Position numbers and translations under genes: made by a program. The notes beneath the pieces are model-generated. The model searched no databases, was not told the origin of the DNA, and saw only the letters and a list, made by a program, of their open reading frames with translations. Positions 29,324 through 37,290 of a DNA stretch of 64,000 bases are shown piece after piece. Location: NCBI GenBank assembly GCA_003485765.1, contig DNHS01000035.1:127745-191744 (forward strand), given 5' to 3'. Origin of the DNA: Candidatus Omnitrophota bacterium (GTDB taxonomy: Bacteria > Omnitrophota > Gorgyraeia > Gorgyraeales > Gorgyraeaceae). Position 1 is the first letter of the stretch; each line of letters starts with the position of its first letter.

Positions 29324-31204
29324 ATGTGCGGGATATGCGGGAAGATTAGTATAAATGGTAATGTGACAGAAGAACTCATCAGGAAGATGTGTGGGGTGCT
29401 TACGCATAGGGGGCCGAATGACGAAGGGGTTTATGTAAAAGGAGGTATGGGGCTGGGGCATAGGAGGCTCGCTATTATTGATTTATCGCAGGCTGGGCAT
29501 CAGCCGATGAGTAATGAAGATGGTTCTATCTGGATAGTTCTGAATGGAGAGATTTATAATTTTATTGAGTTAAGAGAGGCGCTTGAAAAAAAAGGCCACA
29601 GGTTTAAATCTCATGCAGATACTGAAGTAGTATTACATTTATATGAGGATAAAGGCGTAGAATGCCTTAAGGATTTAAGAGGGCCTTTCGCGTTCGCGAT
29701 ATGGGATAGCAGGAAAGAACTTCTTTTTATTGCCAGAGATAGGATTGGCAAAAAACCATTATATTACCATTATAGAAATCAGACATTGATCTTTGCTTCC
29801 GAGATTAAGGCTATCCTGCAGGATCCTGATGTATCGAGAGAGGTCAACAGACCTGCAATAACAGATTATCTAAGTTATGGATATACGCCTACGCCAGAAA
29901 CTATGTTTAAGAATATTGTGAAGCTCCCGCCTGCTCATTTTATGGTCTATGAAAAAGGCAATATAAGATTAGAAAAATACTGGGAACTTGATTTTTCAAA
30001 AAAGATAAAAATGTCCGAGAAAGATTATTGCCATAGAACCATGGAACTTCTTGAAGAATGTACTAAGATACGCCTAATAAGCGATGTACCGCTAGGAGCT
30101 TTCTTAAGTGGGGGCATAGATTCGAGCGCTGTAGTGTATATGATGAGCAAACTAAGTTCAAAGCCTGTAAAGACATTTTCCATAGGTTTCGATGATAAAG
30201 AGTATAGCGAATTAAAATACGCTAAAGTTATTGCAGATAGATTTAAAACAGAACATCATGAGTATATTGTTAAGCCAGACGCTATAGAACTTTTACCAAA
30301 ACTCGTATGGCATTACAATGAACCTTACGCTGACTCTTCAGCTCTGCCCAGTTATTATGTGGCGAAGATGACCAGACAAGAAGTGACTGTCGCTTTAAAC
30401 GGAGATGGAGGGGATGAGGATTTTGGAGGATATGAAAGGTTTATGGCAGCAAGATTCGCTGAATCAATCAGTAAATCGCCTGTGCCTTTCAAGGATAAAA
30501 TTATAAAGCTTATTGTAAGTAGTATTCCAGAATCCATGGGATTTAAGGACTCTAGGTTCAGGCTTAGGAGGTTTTTAATCGAGTTATCAAAGCCATGCAG
30601 GGAAAGGCATTACAATTGGATATCGATATTCAGCGAGCATGAAAAGGAAAACATGTTTACAGCAGGATTTGCCGGAGAACTTGCCGGAAAGAGTTCATTT
30701 AATTATTTAGACAGAGCGTTTAATGAATGCGGCTCAAAAGATATTGTAGATTTAGTGATGTCAGCGGATATAAAGACTAATCTATTGGATGACCTGCTTG
30801 TGAAAATGGATATAGCAACAATGGCGAATTCGCTGGAAGGCAGGTCGCCGTTTTTAGATCATAAGATGATGGAGTTCTGTGCCGCTATGCCGAGCAATAT
30901 GAAAATAAAAGGCACAAAATTAAAATATATATTAAAGAAAGCGTTATCCAAGGCATTGCCTAAGGAAATACTTTCCCGAGGCAAGATGGGATTCGGCGTG
31001 CCACTGGACGCCTGGTTTCGTAAAGAATTAAAAGACTATTCTTATGGCATTTTAATGAGCGATAACTGCGTAAATAGAGGTTATTTTAAAAAAGACGTTA
31101 TAAAGAAAATCCTTGATGAACACACCTCCGGCAAAGCCAATAACGGCGCCAGGATCTGGAGCCTATTATTCCTGGAATTATGGCATAAGGAATTTATAGA
31201 TTAA
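29324..31204 (+). CDS. asnB: asparagine synthase (glutamine-hydrolysing) family amidotransferase
   Basis: MCGICG N-terminal Cys nucleophile, RGPNDEG, SGGIDSS PP-loop, 626 aa. Confidence 0.9.
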   Translation: MCGICGKISINGNVTEELIRKMCGVLTHRGPNDEGVYVKGGMGLGHRRLAIIDLSQAGHQPMSNEDGSIWIVLNGEIYNFIELREALEKKGHRFKSHADTEVVLHLYEDKGVECLKDLRGPFAFAIWDSRKELLFIARDRIGKKPLYYHYRNQTLIFASEIKAILQDPDVSREVNRPAITDYLSYGYTPTPETMFKNIVKLPPAHFMVYEKGNIRLEKYWELDFSKKIKMSEKDYCHRTMELLEECTKIRLISDVPLGAFLSGGIDSSAVVYMMSKLSSKPVKTFSIGFDDKEYSELKYAKVIADRFKTEHHEYIVKPDAIELLPKLVWHYNEPYADSSALPSYYVAKMTRQEVTVALNGDGGDEDFGGYERFMAARFAESISKSPVPFKDKIIKLIVSSIPESMGFKDSRFRLRRFLIELSKPCRERHYNWISIFSEHEKENMFTAGFAGELAGKSSFNYLDRAFNECGSKDIVDLVMSADIKTNLLDDLLVKMDIATMANSLEGRSPFLDHKMMEFCAAMPSNMKIKGTKLKYILKKALSKALPKEILSRGKMGFGVPLDAWFRKELKDYSYGILMSDNCVNRGYFKKDVIKKILDEHTSGKANNGARIWSLLFLELWHKEFID

Positions 31205-31235
31205 TACCCTTCCCTTTGATAGCCCACTTTCATGG

Positions 31236-31304
31236 CATGTCTAATGGACACATTCTGCCAGCGCCTATTGACTTTTAAGTTAGAAGCGGGTAGATTTATA
31301 TATA
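31236..31304 (+). repeat. direct repeat R3 copy B with promoter (TTGACT 31268-73 / TAGATT 31291-96)
   Basis: Near-identical to 26378-26454. Confidence 0.6.
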
Positions 31305-31328
31305 GTAATTAAAAATCTGGAGGGATAA

Positions 31329-31899
31329 ATGACAAAAGAGGCAGCTGTTACTAAAATTGCTATTTTTCGGAAGAAAGAGATCAGGAAAACCATTCATAAG
31401 AATGAATGGTGGTTTGTTATTGAAGACGTTATCTCAGCTTTGATTAATTCCAGTGATCCTAAGCAGTATATACAGAGAATGAAACAAAGGGATCCAGAGT
31501 TGGCCAAAGGGTGGGTACAAATTGTACATACCCTTGAAATTCGCACAGAAGGTGGAAGGCAGAAGATGAACTGTGCAAATACAGAAGGTATTTTTCGCAT
31601 TATCCAGTCTGTTCCTGACCCCGTCCGCGTATAAAAAGTTTAAAGGATTAAAGCGGCAAAATCTGCGGGATCATATGAATGACTTGGAGCTAATCTTCTC
31701 AATGCTTGGAGAGGCATCCACTAAAGAAATCACCATAAATAAAAATGCTCAGGGATTTATTGAGACTAAACAAGCGGCCCAGGAGGGCGGCGCTGTCGCA
31801 GGCAATGCTAGAAAAGAATTGGAAAGAAAGAGCGGTAAAAAAGTATTAACGCGTGAAAATTATCTAAAGGCAGCTCAAAGCAAGAAACTCTTGAATTAA
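31329..31899 (+). pseudogene. Bro-N domain / DinD-like gene split by a +1 frameshift
   Basis: ORF 31329-31634 carries a Bro-N-like N-domain (…NEWWFVIEDV…TEGIFRIIQSVP). The +1 frame ORF continuing to 31899 carries a DinD-like C-terminus (…QGFIETKQAAQEGGAVAGNARKELERKSGKKVLTRENYL). The frames switch near the C-run at about 31617. Confidence 0.5.
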
Positions 31900-31917
31900 T
31901 GGAGTAATATTATTTTA

Positions 31918-31966
31918 GGAAAGAAAAATTTTTGAAAGAAAACGCTTTTGAGATGTGTCTTATATA
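31918..31966 (+). repeat. repeat R2 copy 1 (ends in GAGATGTGTCTTATATA box)
   Basis: Matches 34083-34140 apart from a 9-nt indel. Confidence 0.5.
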
Positions 31967-32022
31967 GTAGCGAATCAAGGACTCTAATCCGCTGATTTTG
32001 TAAAAAATCCTTACTTTCGTCC

Positions 32023-32051
32023 TTGACGATTTCCTTACTTTATGGTATATT
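32023..32051 (+). promoter_or_regulatory. sigma70-like promoter of the AbrB-type antitoxin cassette
   Basis: TTGACG-17 bp-TATATT, then RBS GGGAGGTGAG and ATG 32074. Confidence 0.45.
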
Positions 32052-32073
32052 TGATAACGGGAGGTGAGAAAAT

Positions 32074-32331
32074 ATGACAGTTACCATGACCGCAAAGAAT
32101 CAAATAACCATACCTAAAAAGATCACAGAAGCCTTGGGTTTAGAAAAGGGGTCTATGTTCAAGGTAGAGGTTTCTAAGAATGGGATAGAGTTTATTCCTC
32201 TGGAGACAAAAGAGAGGGAGTTTACCCATGAGGAATATACAAAATTAGAAACCCTGGCAGTACAAGAAAAGGGAAAAGAGAAGCGCGTGACAAAAAAGCT
32301 TATCGATAATTTAAAAAAAGGGAAAATTTAA
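32074..32331 (+). CDS. AbrB/MazE/SpoVT-type (swapped-hairpin) antitoxin
   Basis: N-terminus TMTAKNQITIPKKITEALGLEKGS is the SpoVT/AbrB looped-hinge motif. Confidence 0.7.
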   Translation: MTVTMTAKNQITIPKKITEALGLEKGSMFKVEVSKNGIEFIPLETKEREFTHEEYTKLETLAVQEKGKEKRVTKKLIDNLKKGKI

Positions 32332-32334
32332 TCA

Positions 32335-32472
32335 ATGCCTTTACGAAGGCCTTATTATGAAGCCGGGATAGAAGGAAGTATTCGTGTTGTGATAAGACAA
32401 GAGGGGCAAATGTGTATTGCAGTATTAGCAGGGAATCACGACCAAATAAGACAATTTCTGGCCACTGGGTAG
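32335..32472 (+). pseudogene. truncated RelE/ParE-like toxin remnant (45 aa)
   Basis: Begins 4 nt after the antitoxin stop. Peptide …SIRVVIRQEGQMCIAVLAGNHDQI resembles only the C-terminal beta-sheet of RelE/ParE; the N-terminal half is absent. Confidence 0.3.
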
Positions 32473-32558
32473 AGAACCTTCCCCTATATAAACCAAACAT
32501 AGAGGCGCGTTATGGAAAGGACGAAGTCGCCAAGGCAAGAGAGCTTAGCTTTATGATA

Positions 32559-32620
32559 GTCTCCTCCATGCGTTCGGATAATCCTTTAAGGAATATTGGA
32601 TATGTGGTTGGGATTTTAAG
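32559..32620 (+). repeat. repeat R1 copy 1
   Basis: About 90% identical to 34022-34082 (gtctcctccatgcg…ggataatcctttaag…gggattttaag). Confidence 0.55.
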
Positions 32621-32718
32621 ATATGCCCGATAGACATATTTCGTCAGTACCTATTGACAAAATAAAAATATAGATTATACTCTATATAGAGATAGGTTAT
32701 AATCTATATGCAAGCATA

Positions 32719-33441
32719 GTGGGGATTTCTATGGATTTGAAGCTAAGAGAGGCACAAAAACTTGTTCTGAAGATATTTTCGCAAGAGGCAGAGGATTTCG
32801 CGCTTGCCGGCGGCACAGCACTTGAATTATATTACCTGCGTCACAGATTTTCTTCGGATCTGGATTTTTTTTCAAGAAAATACCCCGTTTCAGAAATAGA
32901 TACTTTGGTAGAGGCCTTTGAAAAACATCTGGATCAGAAAATTCATCTGGAATCAGAATTTGTTTCCGTCAATAAGGCGTGCGTCCGGTTTTATGCTATA
33001 CCGGTCAAGGGTTCGGATAGGCCATTAAAGATTGATTTTGTTGAAGATGTTGTGTGTACTCGCCCGGTAATACGGAAAATTGACGGTGTCCGCGTGTATA
33101 GCGCGGAGGATTTATACCTGCATAAAATAGCCGCTATTTCTGGCACTCAAGTTATAACAGATGAGGTCGGCAGGCAAGTCAGCGAAGGCCGCAAAGAGGC
33201 GCGGGATGTATTTGACGTGTACATGCTTTCAAAAAAAATACAGCCATTGCACATATTCCTGCGCAGTCTTTCGCCCCGGTTCCAAAAGGGGATAGTCCAC
33301 TGGTATCGGACATTTTCCAGGCAGGAACTCAAGCTCGCGCTAATGGAGCTGGATATTTACGATACTGAATTCAATGCCAGGGAATTGGTTATTTATCTGG
33401 AAAACGAGGTCAAGCAATTAGCCAAGGAGGCAATAGGATAA
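32719..33441 (+). CDS. AbiEii/AbiGii-family nucleotidyltransferase (type IV TA toxin-like, DUF1814)
   Basis: …FALAGGTALELYYLRHRFSSDLDFFS… is the AbiEii GGTAL…R.SxDLDF NTase motif. An alternative ATG is at 32731. Confidence 0.7.
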   Translation: MGISMDLKLREAQKLVLKIFSQEAEDFALAGGTALELYYLRHRFSSDLDFFSRKYPVSEIDTLVEAFEKHLDQKIHLESEFVSVNKACVRFYAIPVKGSDRPLKIDFVEDVVCTRPVIRKIDGVRVYSAEDLYLHKIAAISGTQVITDEVGRQVSEGRKEARDVFDVYMLSKKIQPLHIFLRSLSPRFQKGIVHWYRTFSRQELKLALMELDIYDTEFNARELVIYLENEVKQLAKEAIG

Positions 33442-33950
33442 TGATTATTTCAAAATATTTTTGGGACATAAGTGAAACTGCCCTGAAAGAAACAGCCAGG
33501 ATACTTAAAAATCCAAAACATCCTCAATTTCCGGTTAAAATGGTAATTTTTATGTCGCGCTGTGATAAGCCAAAGGAGCTATTTTCCTTGATTGCCAAGG
33601 ATGAGTTTATAGACGCATGGCCAAAGATCAGGGCTCAATGGATAAAACGCGCGCGGCAGTCAGATTTCAGGGATTGGTGGGAAACAATCTATGAACATCT
33701 CGTAGATGCGCATGGACGAGCGCGCAGAAAACCCACAAGCGCCACGCCGGTTTTTTTCCGAAAGTTTGGAGCGCTTATTAAAGAAGCGAGGATTCGGAAA
33801 GGGTTGAGCCAGAAACAATTGGCGCATCGCATAGGTATGAAACAGCCGGATGTTTCCAGGATAGAAGAAGGCAGGAAAAATATCACGCTATACACCGTCA
33901 TGCGTTTCTGCAATGTTTTAGGCATTAAGAAAATTACAGTAGGCCAGTAA
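33441..33950 (+). CDS. protein with unknown N-domain and C-terminal XRE-family HTH
   Basis: C-terminus LIKEARIRKGLSQKQLAHRIGMKQPDVSRIEEGRKNITLYTV is Cro/C1-type HTH. The ATG overlaps the AbiEii stop by 1 nt (TAATG). Confidence 0.6.
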   Translation: MIISKYFWDISETALKETARILKNPKHPQFPVKMVIFMSRCDKPKELFSLIAKDEFIDAWPKIRAQWIKRARQSDFRDWWETIYEHLVDAHGRARRKPTSATPVFFRKFGALIKEARIRKGLSQKQLAHRIGMKQPDVSRIEEGRKNITLYTVMRFCNVLGIKKITVGQ

Positions 33951-34021
33951 AACGTCAACTATTTTTTCGACCCTGTAATTATAATTGTCGCATAACAAAT
34001 GTAGCCAAAGCAGTCAAAAAA

Positions 34022-34140
34022 GTCTCCTCCATGCGGCCGGATAATCCTTTAAGAAACATTGGATATTTAGTGGGGATTTTAAGGAAAGAAAAATTTTAAA
34101 AATTTTTGAAAGAAAACGCTTTTGAGATGTGTCTTATATA
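34022..34140 (+). repeat. repeats R1 copy 2 + R2 copy 2 (ends in GAGATGTGTCTTATATA box)
   Basis: Direct duplicates of 32559-32620 and 31918-31966. Confidence 0.55.
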
Positions 34141-34168
34141 TGAAAGAGGGCTTGGGCATGGGGTGATA

Positions 34169-34197
34169 TTGACACATTTGTGTAAATGTGGTATATT
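34169..34197 (+). promoter_or_regulatory. sigma70-like promoter of RHH-MazF cassette with ACACAnnTGTGT operator
   Basis: TTGACA-17 bp-TATATT. The 20-mer ATTGACACATTTGTGTAAAT is also present at 29292-29311 immediately upstream of asnB. Confidence 0.45.
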
Positions 34198-34217
34198 TTG
34201 TTCAGGAGGTGAGTTAT

Positions 34218-34469
34218 ATGGTAAAAAAGAATATGGGAAGGGAAAGATTGAGCATTGATGTATTGCCGGAAGAACACAGGCAGATTAAGGCATATGCCGC
34301 GCTGTATGGTAAGACAATGAGAGAATATGTATTGGAATGCGTACAGAAAAAACTGCGAGAGGAAACTGAACAAAAGGAATTAGCTAATATGAGCGCATAT
34401 CCTGACAAGGATTCTATATTAAACAGCGTATGGGAAAATAAAAAGGATGCGGCATATGATAAAATGTAA
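34218..34469 (+). CDS. ribbon-helix-helix (CopG/ParD-like) antitoxin
   Basis: ATG 34218 after CAGGAGGTGAG. ERLSIDVLPEEHRQIKAYAALYGKTMREYVLECV is beta-strand then two helices. Confidence 0.6.
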   Translation: MVKKNMGRERLSIDVLPEEHRQIKAYAALYGKTMREYVLECVQKKLREETEQKELANMSAYPDKDSILNSVWENKKDAAYDKM

Positions 34470-34806
34470 ATACGGAGACATTGTATTAGTAAACTTTGGT
34501 TTTTCTGAAGGGATTGGGTTTGAGAAAAGGCCTGCGTTGGTTATAAGCAGTGAGGCATATCATGCGGAAAGGCAGGAGGTAGTTATCCTGGCTATTACCA
34601 GCAATGTAAATAGAATATTCTTGGGCGACACAAAGATTTCTCAATGGAAAGAAGCTGGATTGCTTTATCCTTCACTTGTTACAGCGATTATAAGGACAGT
34701 AAAATCAGATATGATTTTTAGGAAAATAGGGGAGATCGGGCCGGATGATTTAAAGAGGGTAGAGAGCAGTATAAAGAAAATTTTTGGAATAACTGGAGAA
34801 AAGTAA
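34447..34806 (+). CDS. MazF/PemK-family toxin (mRNA interferase)
   Basis: YGDIVLVNFGFSEGIGFEKRPALVISSEAYH is the PemK/MazF signature. Confidence 0.75.
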   Translation: MRHMIKCKYGDIVLVNFGFSEGIGFEKRPALVISSEAYHAERQEVVILAITSNVNRIFLGDTKISQWKEAGLLYPSLVTAIIRTVKSDMIFRKIGEIGPDDLKRVESSIKKIFGITGEK

Positions 34807-34820
34807 AGCTAGGAGGCAAA

Positions 34821-35558
34821 ATGGCGATGAGAAGTTATGGCTGGGTGCCGGATAGGCCGGATCAGAGGGATTATTTATATAAGGCGATAAGGCCTGTGGT
34901 GAGATTGCCTGAGAAAGTGGATTTGAGGGAATTTTGTTCTATTGTTGAGAATCAGGAGGCGCTTGGGAGCTGTACGGCGAATGCGCTAGCAGGAAATTTG
35001 GAATATTTGGACCATAAAATAGATGATGAATATGAGGATGTGTCGAGACTTTTTATTTATTACAATGAAAGAGTTTTGGAAGATACAGTTGATTATGATT
35101 CAGGAGCATCTCTAAGAGATGGCATTAAGACATTGAGGAAACAAGGCGCGTGCTGGGAAAAGACGTGGCCGTATTTAATAGAGAAATTTACCCGAAAGCC
35201 GCCTCTAAAATGCTACAAAGAAGCTAAAAAACACCAAATTGAATCCTACCACCGCATAGGCGCCCTATCTGAAATGCTTACCTGCCTCGCTGAAGGATAT
35301 CCGTTCGTCTTTGGTTTTACTGTTTATGAAAGTTTCCAGTCGCAGAAAGTGGCCAAAACAGGTGTGGCTAATATGCCCAGGAAGAAGGAAAAAGTCCTTG
35401 GCGGACATGCTGTCCTGGCAGTAGGCTATAACCAGAAGCAAAAGAGATTTATAGTGCGAAATTCCTGGGGAACTAAATGGGGCAAAGACGGATATTTCAC
35501 CATGCCGTACGAATACCTCGAAACCCTTTCAGCAGACTTCTGGACAATAAGAAAATAA
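34821..35558 (+). CDS. papain-like C1A cysteine peptidase, no signal peptide and no prodomain
   Basis: Full catalytic set: Gln (ENQ), Cys (GSCTANA), His (GGHAVLAVGY), Asn-Ser-Trp (NSWGTKWGKDGYF). AGGAGG RBS 5 nt upstream. Starts 15 nt after the MazF stop. Confidence 0.8.
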   Translation: MAMRSYGWVPDRPDQRDYLYKAIRPVVRLPEKVDLREFCSIVENQEALGSCTANALAGNLEYLDHKIDDEYEDVSRLFIYYNERVLEDTVDYDSGASLRDGIKTLRKQGACWEKTWPYLIEKFTRKPPLKCYKEAKKHQIESYHRIGALSEMLTCLAEGYPFVFGFTVYESFQSQKVAKTGVANMPRKKEKVLGGHAVLAVGYNQKQKRFIVRNSWGTKWGKDGYFTMPYEYLETLSADFWTIRK

Positions 35559-35575
35559 ATAGTTATAATAAAGCC

Positions 35576-36745
35576 ATGAAAATATTAAGAATTATAGCAA
35601 GACTTAATATAGGCGGGCCGGCGAGAAATGCGGTCTTGTTAACAGAAGGATTCCCGGGAACTGCGCTTATTTGTGGGGAGGTGGATAAGTCTGAGGGCGA
35701 TATGATGTATTTGGCAGGCGAGAAAGGGATAAAGCCTATTATTATAAAAGAGTTAGGAAGAGAATTATCCTGGAAAGATGATTGGGCGGCGTTTTGGAAG
35801 ATATATAAGATTATTCGCGAGGTAAAGCCGGATATCATTCATACGCATACGGCGAAGGCAGGGACGCTAGGGAGGTTTGCAGGGATATTATATGGTAAAG
35901 CTATTTTAATCCATACCTTTCACGGCCATGTGTTTAGCGGGTATTTTGGGAAGGTTAAGACAATATTTTTTATATGGGTGGAGAAATTTTTAGCGTTGTT
36001 TACTGACACGATAATTACAGTAAGCGAGGCGTTGAAAAAAGAATTGGTAGAAAAATATAGAATAGCGCCAGAGAAAAAATTCAGCGTAATAGAATTAGGT
36101 TTTGAACTGGATGAGCTTTTGAAATTGCCGCCAAGAGAAAACAGCGGAACTGTAAATGTTGGAATTGTGGGAAGGTTAGTGCCTGTAAAAAATCATAAGA
36201 TGATGCTTAGAGTGGCTAAAAGAGTAGGCGATATACAGGGACAGTCCCCTAAAAAGGGGACAGTCCCTGTAGAAATAGTCCCTGTGCGCTATATGATTAT
36301 TGGCGATGGGGAGATGAGGGGAGAACTGGAAAGATACGTGGAAGAATTGGGCATAAAAGATAAAGTAGAGTTCAAGGGATGGGTAAAGGACTTAAAGGCT
36401 ATTTATGAAGAACTTGACATTGTGGCATTGACTTCATTGAATGAAGGAACGCCCGTATCTCTCATAGAAGCAATGGCTGGCGGGAGACCTGTGATAGCTA
36501 CAAATGTAGGCGGCGTAAAGGATATTGTGAAAGATGGCGCGAGCGGATATCTTGTAGAATTAGGAAATGTAGAAGAATTTATTAAAAAACTCCTGGAATT
36601 AATTAAAGATCCTGAGAAAAGAAGAAAATTTGGCGAAAACGGCAGGAATATCGTGAAAGATCGATTCTCAAAAGAAAGATTGATTAAAGATACCGAGAAG
36701 TTGTATAATAATACCCTGCAAGAAAATCAATTTCTTCGGTCTTAA
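35576..36745 (+). CDS. family 4 glycosyltransferase (carries an in-frame palindromic insertion)
   Basis: MKILRIIARLNIGGPARN start and EGTPVSLIEAMAGGRPVIATNVGGVKDIV motif. ATG 35576; the track start at 35477 overlaps the peptidase. Confidence 0.75.
   Translation: MKILRIIARLNIGGPARNAVLLTEGFPGTALICGEVDKSEGDMMYLAGEKGIKPIIIKELGRELSWKDDWAAFWKIYKIIREVKPDIIHTHTAKAGTLGRFAGILYGKAILIHTFHGHVFSGYFGKVKTIFFIWVEKFLALFTDTIITVSEALKKELVEKYRIAPEKKFSVIELGFELDELLKLPPRENSGTVNVGIVGRLVPVKNHKMMLRVAKRVGDIQGQSPKKGTVPVEIVPVRYMIIGDGEMRGELERYVEELGIKDKVEFKGWVKDLKAIYEELDIVALTSLNEGTPVSLIEAMAGGRPVIATNVGGVKDIVKDGASGYLVELGNVEEFIKKLLELIKDPEKRRKFGENGRNIVKDRFSKERLIKDTEKLYNNTLQENQFLRS
36236..36286. repeat. GC-rich hairpin-repeat element inserted in-frame within the GT4 gene
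   Basis: cagGGACAGTCCCctaaaaagGGGACAGTCCCtgtagaaatAGTCCCtgtg: three GGGACAGTCCC-type hairpin units. Translated as …GQSPKKGTVPVEIVPV…. Confidence 0.5.
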
Positions 36746-36867
36746 GACTGGAGTTTGTTTGAAATTGATACTGAGCCCACTATTGTTTCAGTGGCGGGCG
36801 AATGTATAAAGATAATTGAAAGAATTTAGCCTCCAGATGTGTCTAGTATGGTAGAAAGGAGGCTGAT

Positions 36868-37278
36868 ATGACTATGAACAAGAAAGAAAAAGGAGAAATA
36901 GCGGGATTAAGAGGGGAACTGCGAAGCTCTGTGGGAGAATTAAGAGGAGAATTGCAGAGTTCTGTGGGAGAATTAAGAGGGGAACTGCGAAGCTCTGTGG
37001 GAGAATTAAGAGGAGAGTTGCGAAGCTCTGTGGAAGAACTAAGAATACACATGGGTGTCTTGGTAGAGGGTTTGCGTTCAGAAGTTAGGGTGGTAGCTGA
37101 ACAATATGGAAGCGTTGTAAAAAAGCTGGAAGAACATGACAGGAGATTTGATAAAATTGATCTAAGATTTGACAGAATCGACTTAGAGTTTATCGGTATG
37201 AAGACAGGTTTGTTTGATACTAGTCATAGAGTAGATGATCACGAAACAAGAATCAGAAAATTAGAATTAGCTAAATAA
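36868..37278 (+). CDS. small coiled-coil protein with four tandem 11-aa repeats (GELRSSVGELR)
   Basis: ORF preceded by GAAAGGAGG. Repetitive heptad-like N-half and a conserved-looking C-half (…RRFDKIDLRFDRIDLEF…). Confidence 0.4.
   Translation: MTMNKKEKGEIAGLRGELRSSVGELRGELQSSVGELRGELRSSVGELRGELRSSVEELRIHMGVLVEGLRSEVRVVAEQYGSVVKKLEEHDRRFDKIDLRFDRIDLEFIGMKTGLFDTSHRVDDHETRIRKLELAK
36914..37045 (+). repeat. 4 x 33-bp near-perfect tandem repeats inside the coding sequence
   Basis: Unit ggaactgcgaagctctgtgggagaattaagagg, repeated head-to-tail. Confidence 0.7.
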
Positions 37279-37290
37279 TCAGGAGACAAG

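Noticed and set aside
32412-32633. 73-aa ORF between the AbrB cassette and AbiEii
   Set aside because: Its 3' half is repeat R1, duplicated at 34022-34082 outside any ORF. Likely non-coding debris.
36843-37052. 69-aa minus-strand ORF with repetitive NSPTELRSSPL peptide
   Set aside because: Mirror image of the 33-bp tandem repeats of the + strand coiled-coil gene; an artefact of the repeats rather than a gene.
25050-37290. Integron-like cassette array hypothesis (same-strand TA cassettes separated by repeats)
   Set aside because: No integron integrase, and the repeats carry their own promoters. I could not match R''/R' (RYYYAAC / GTTRRRY) attC cores convincingly. Retained only as modular recombination.
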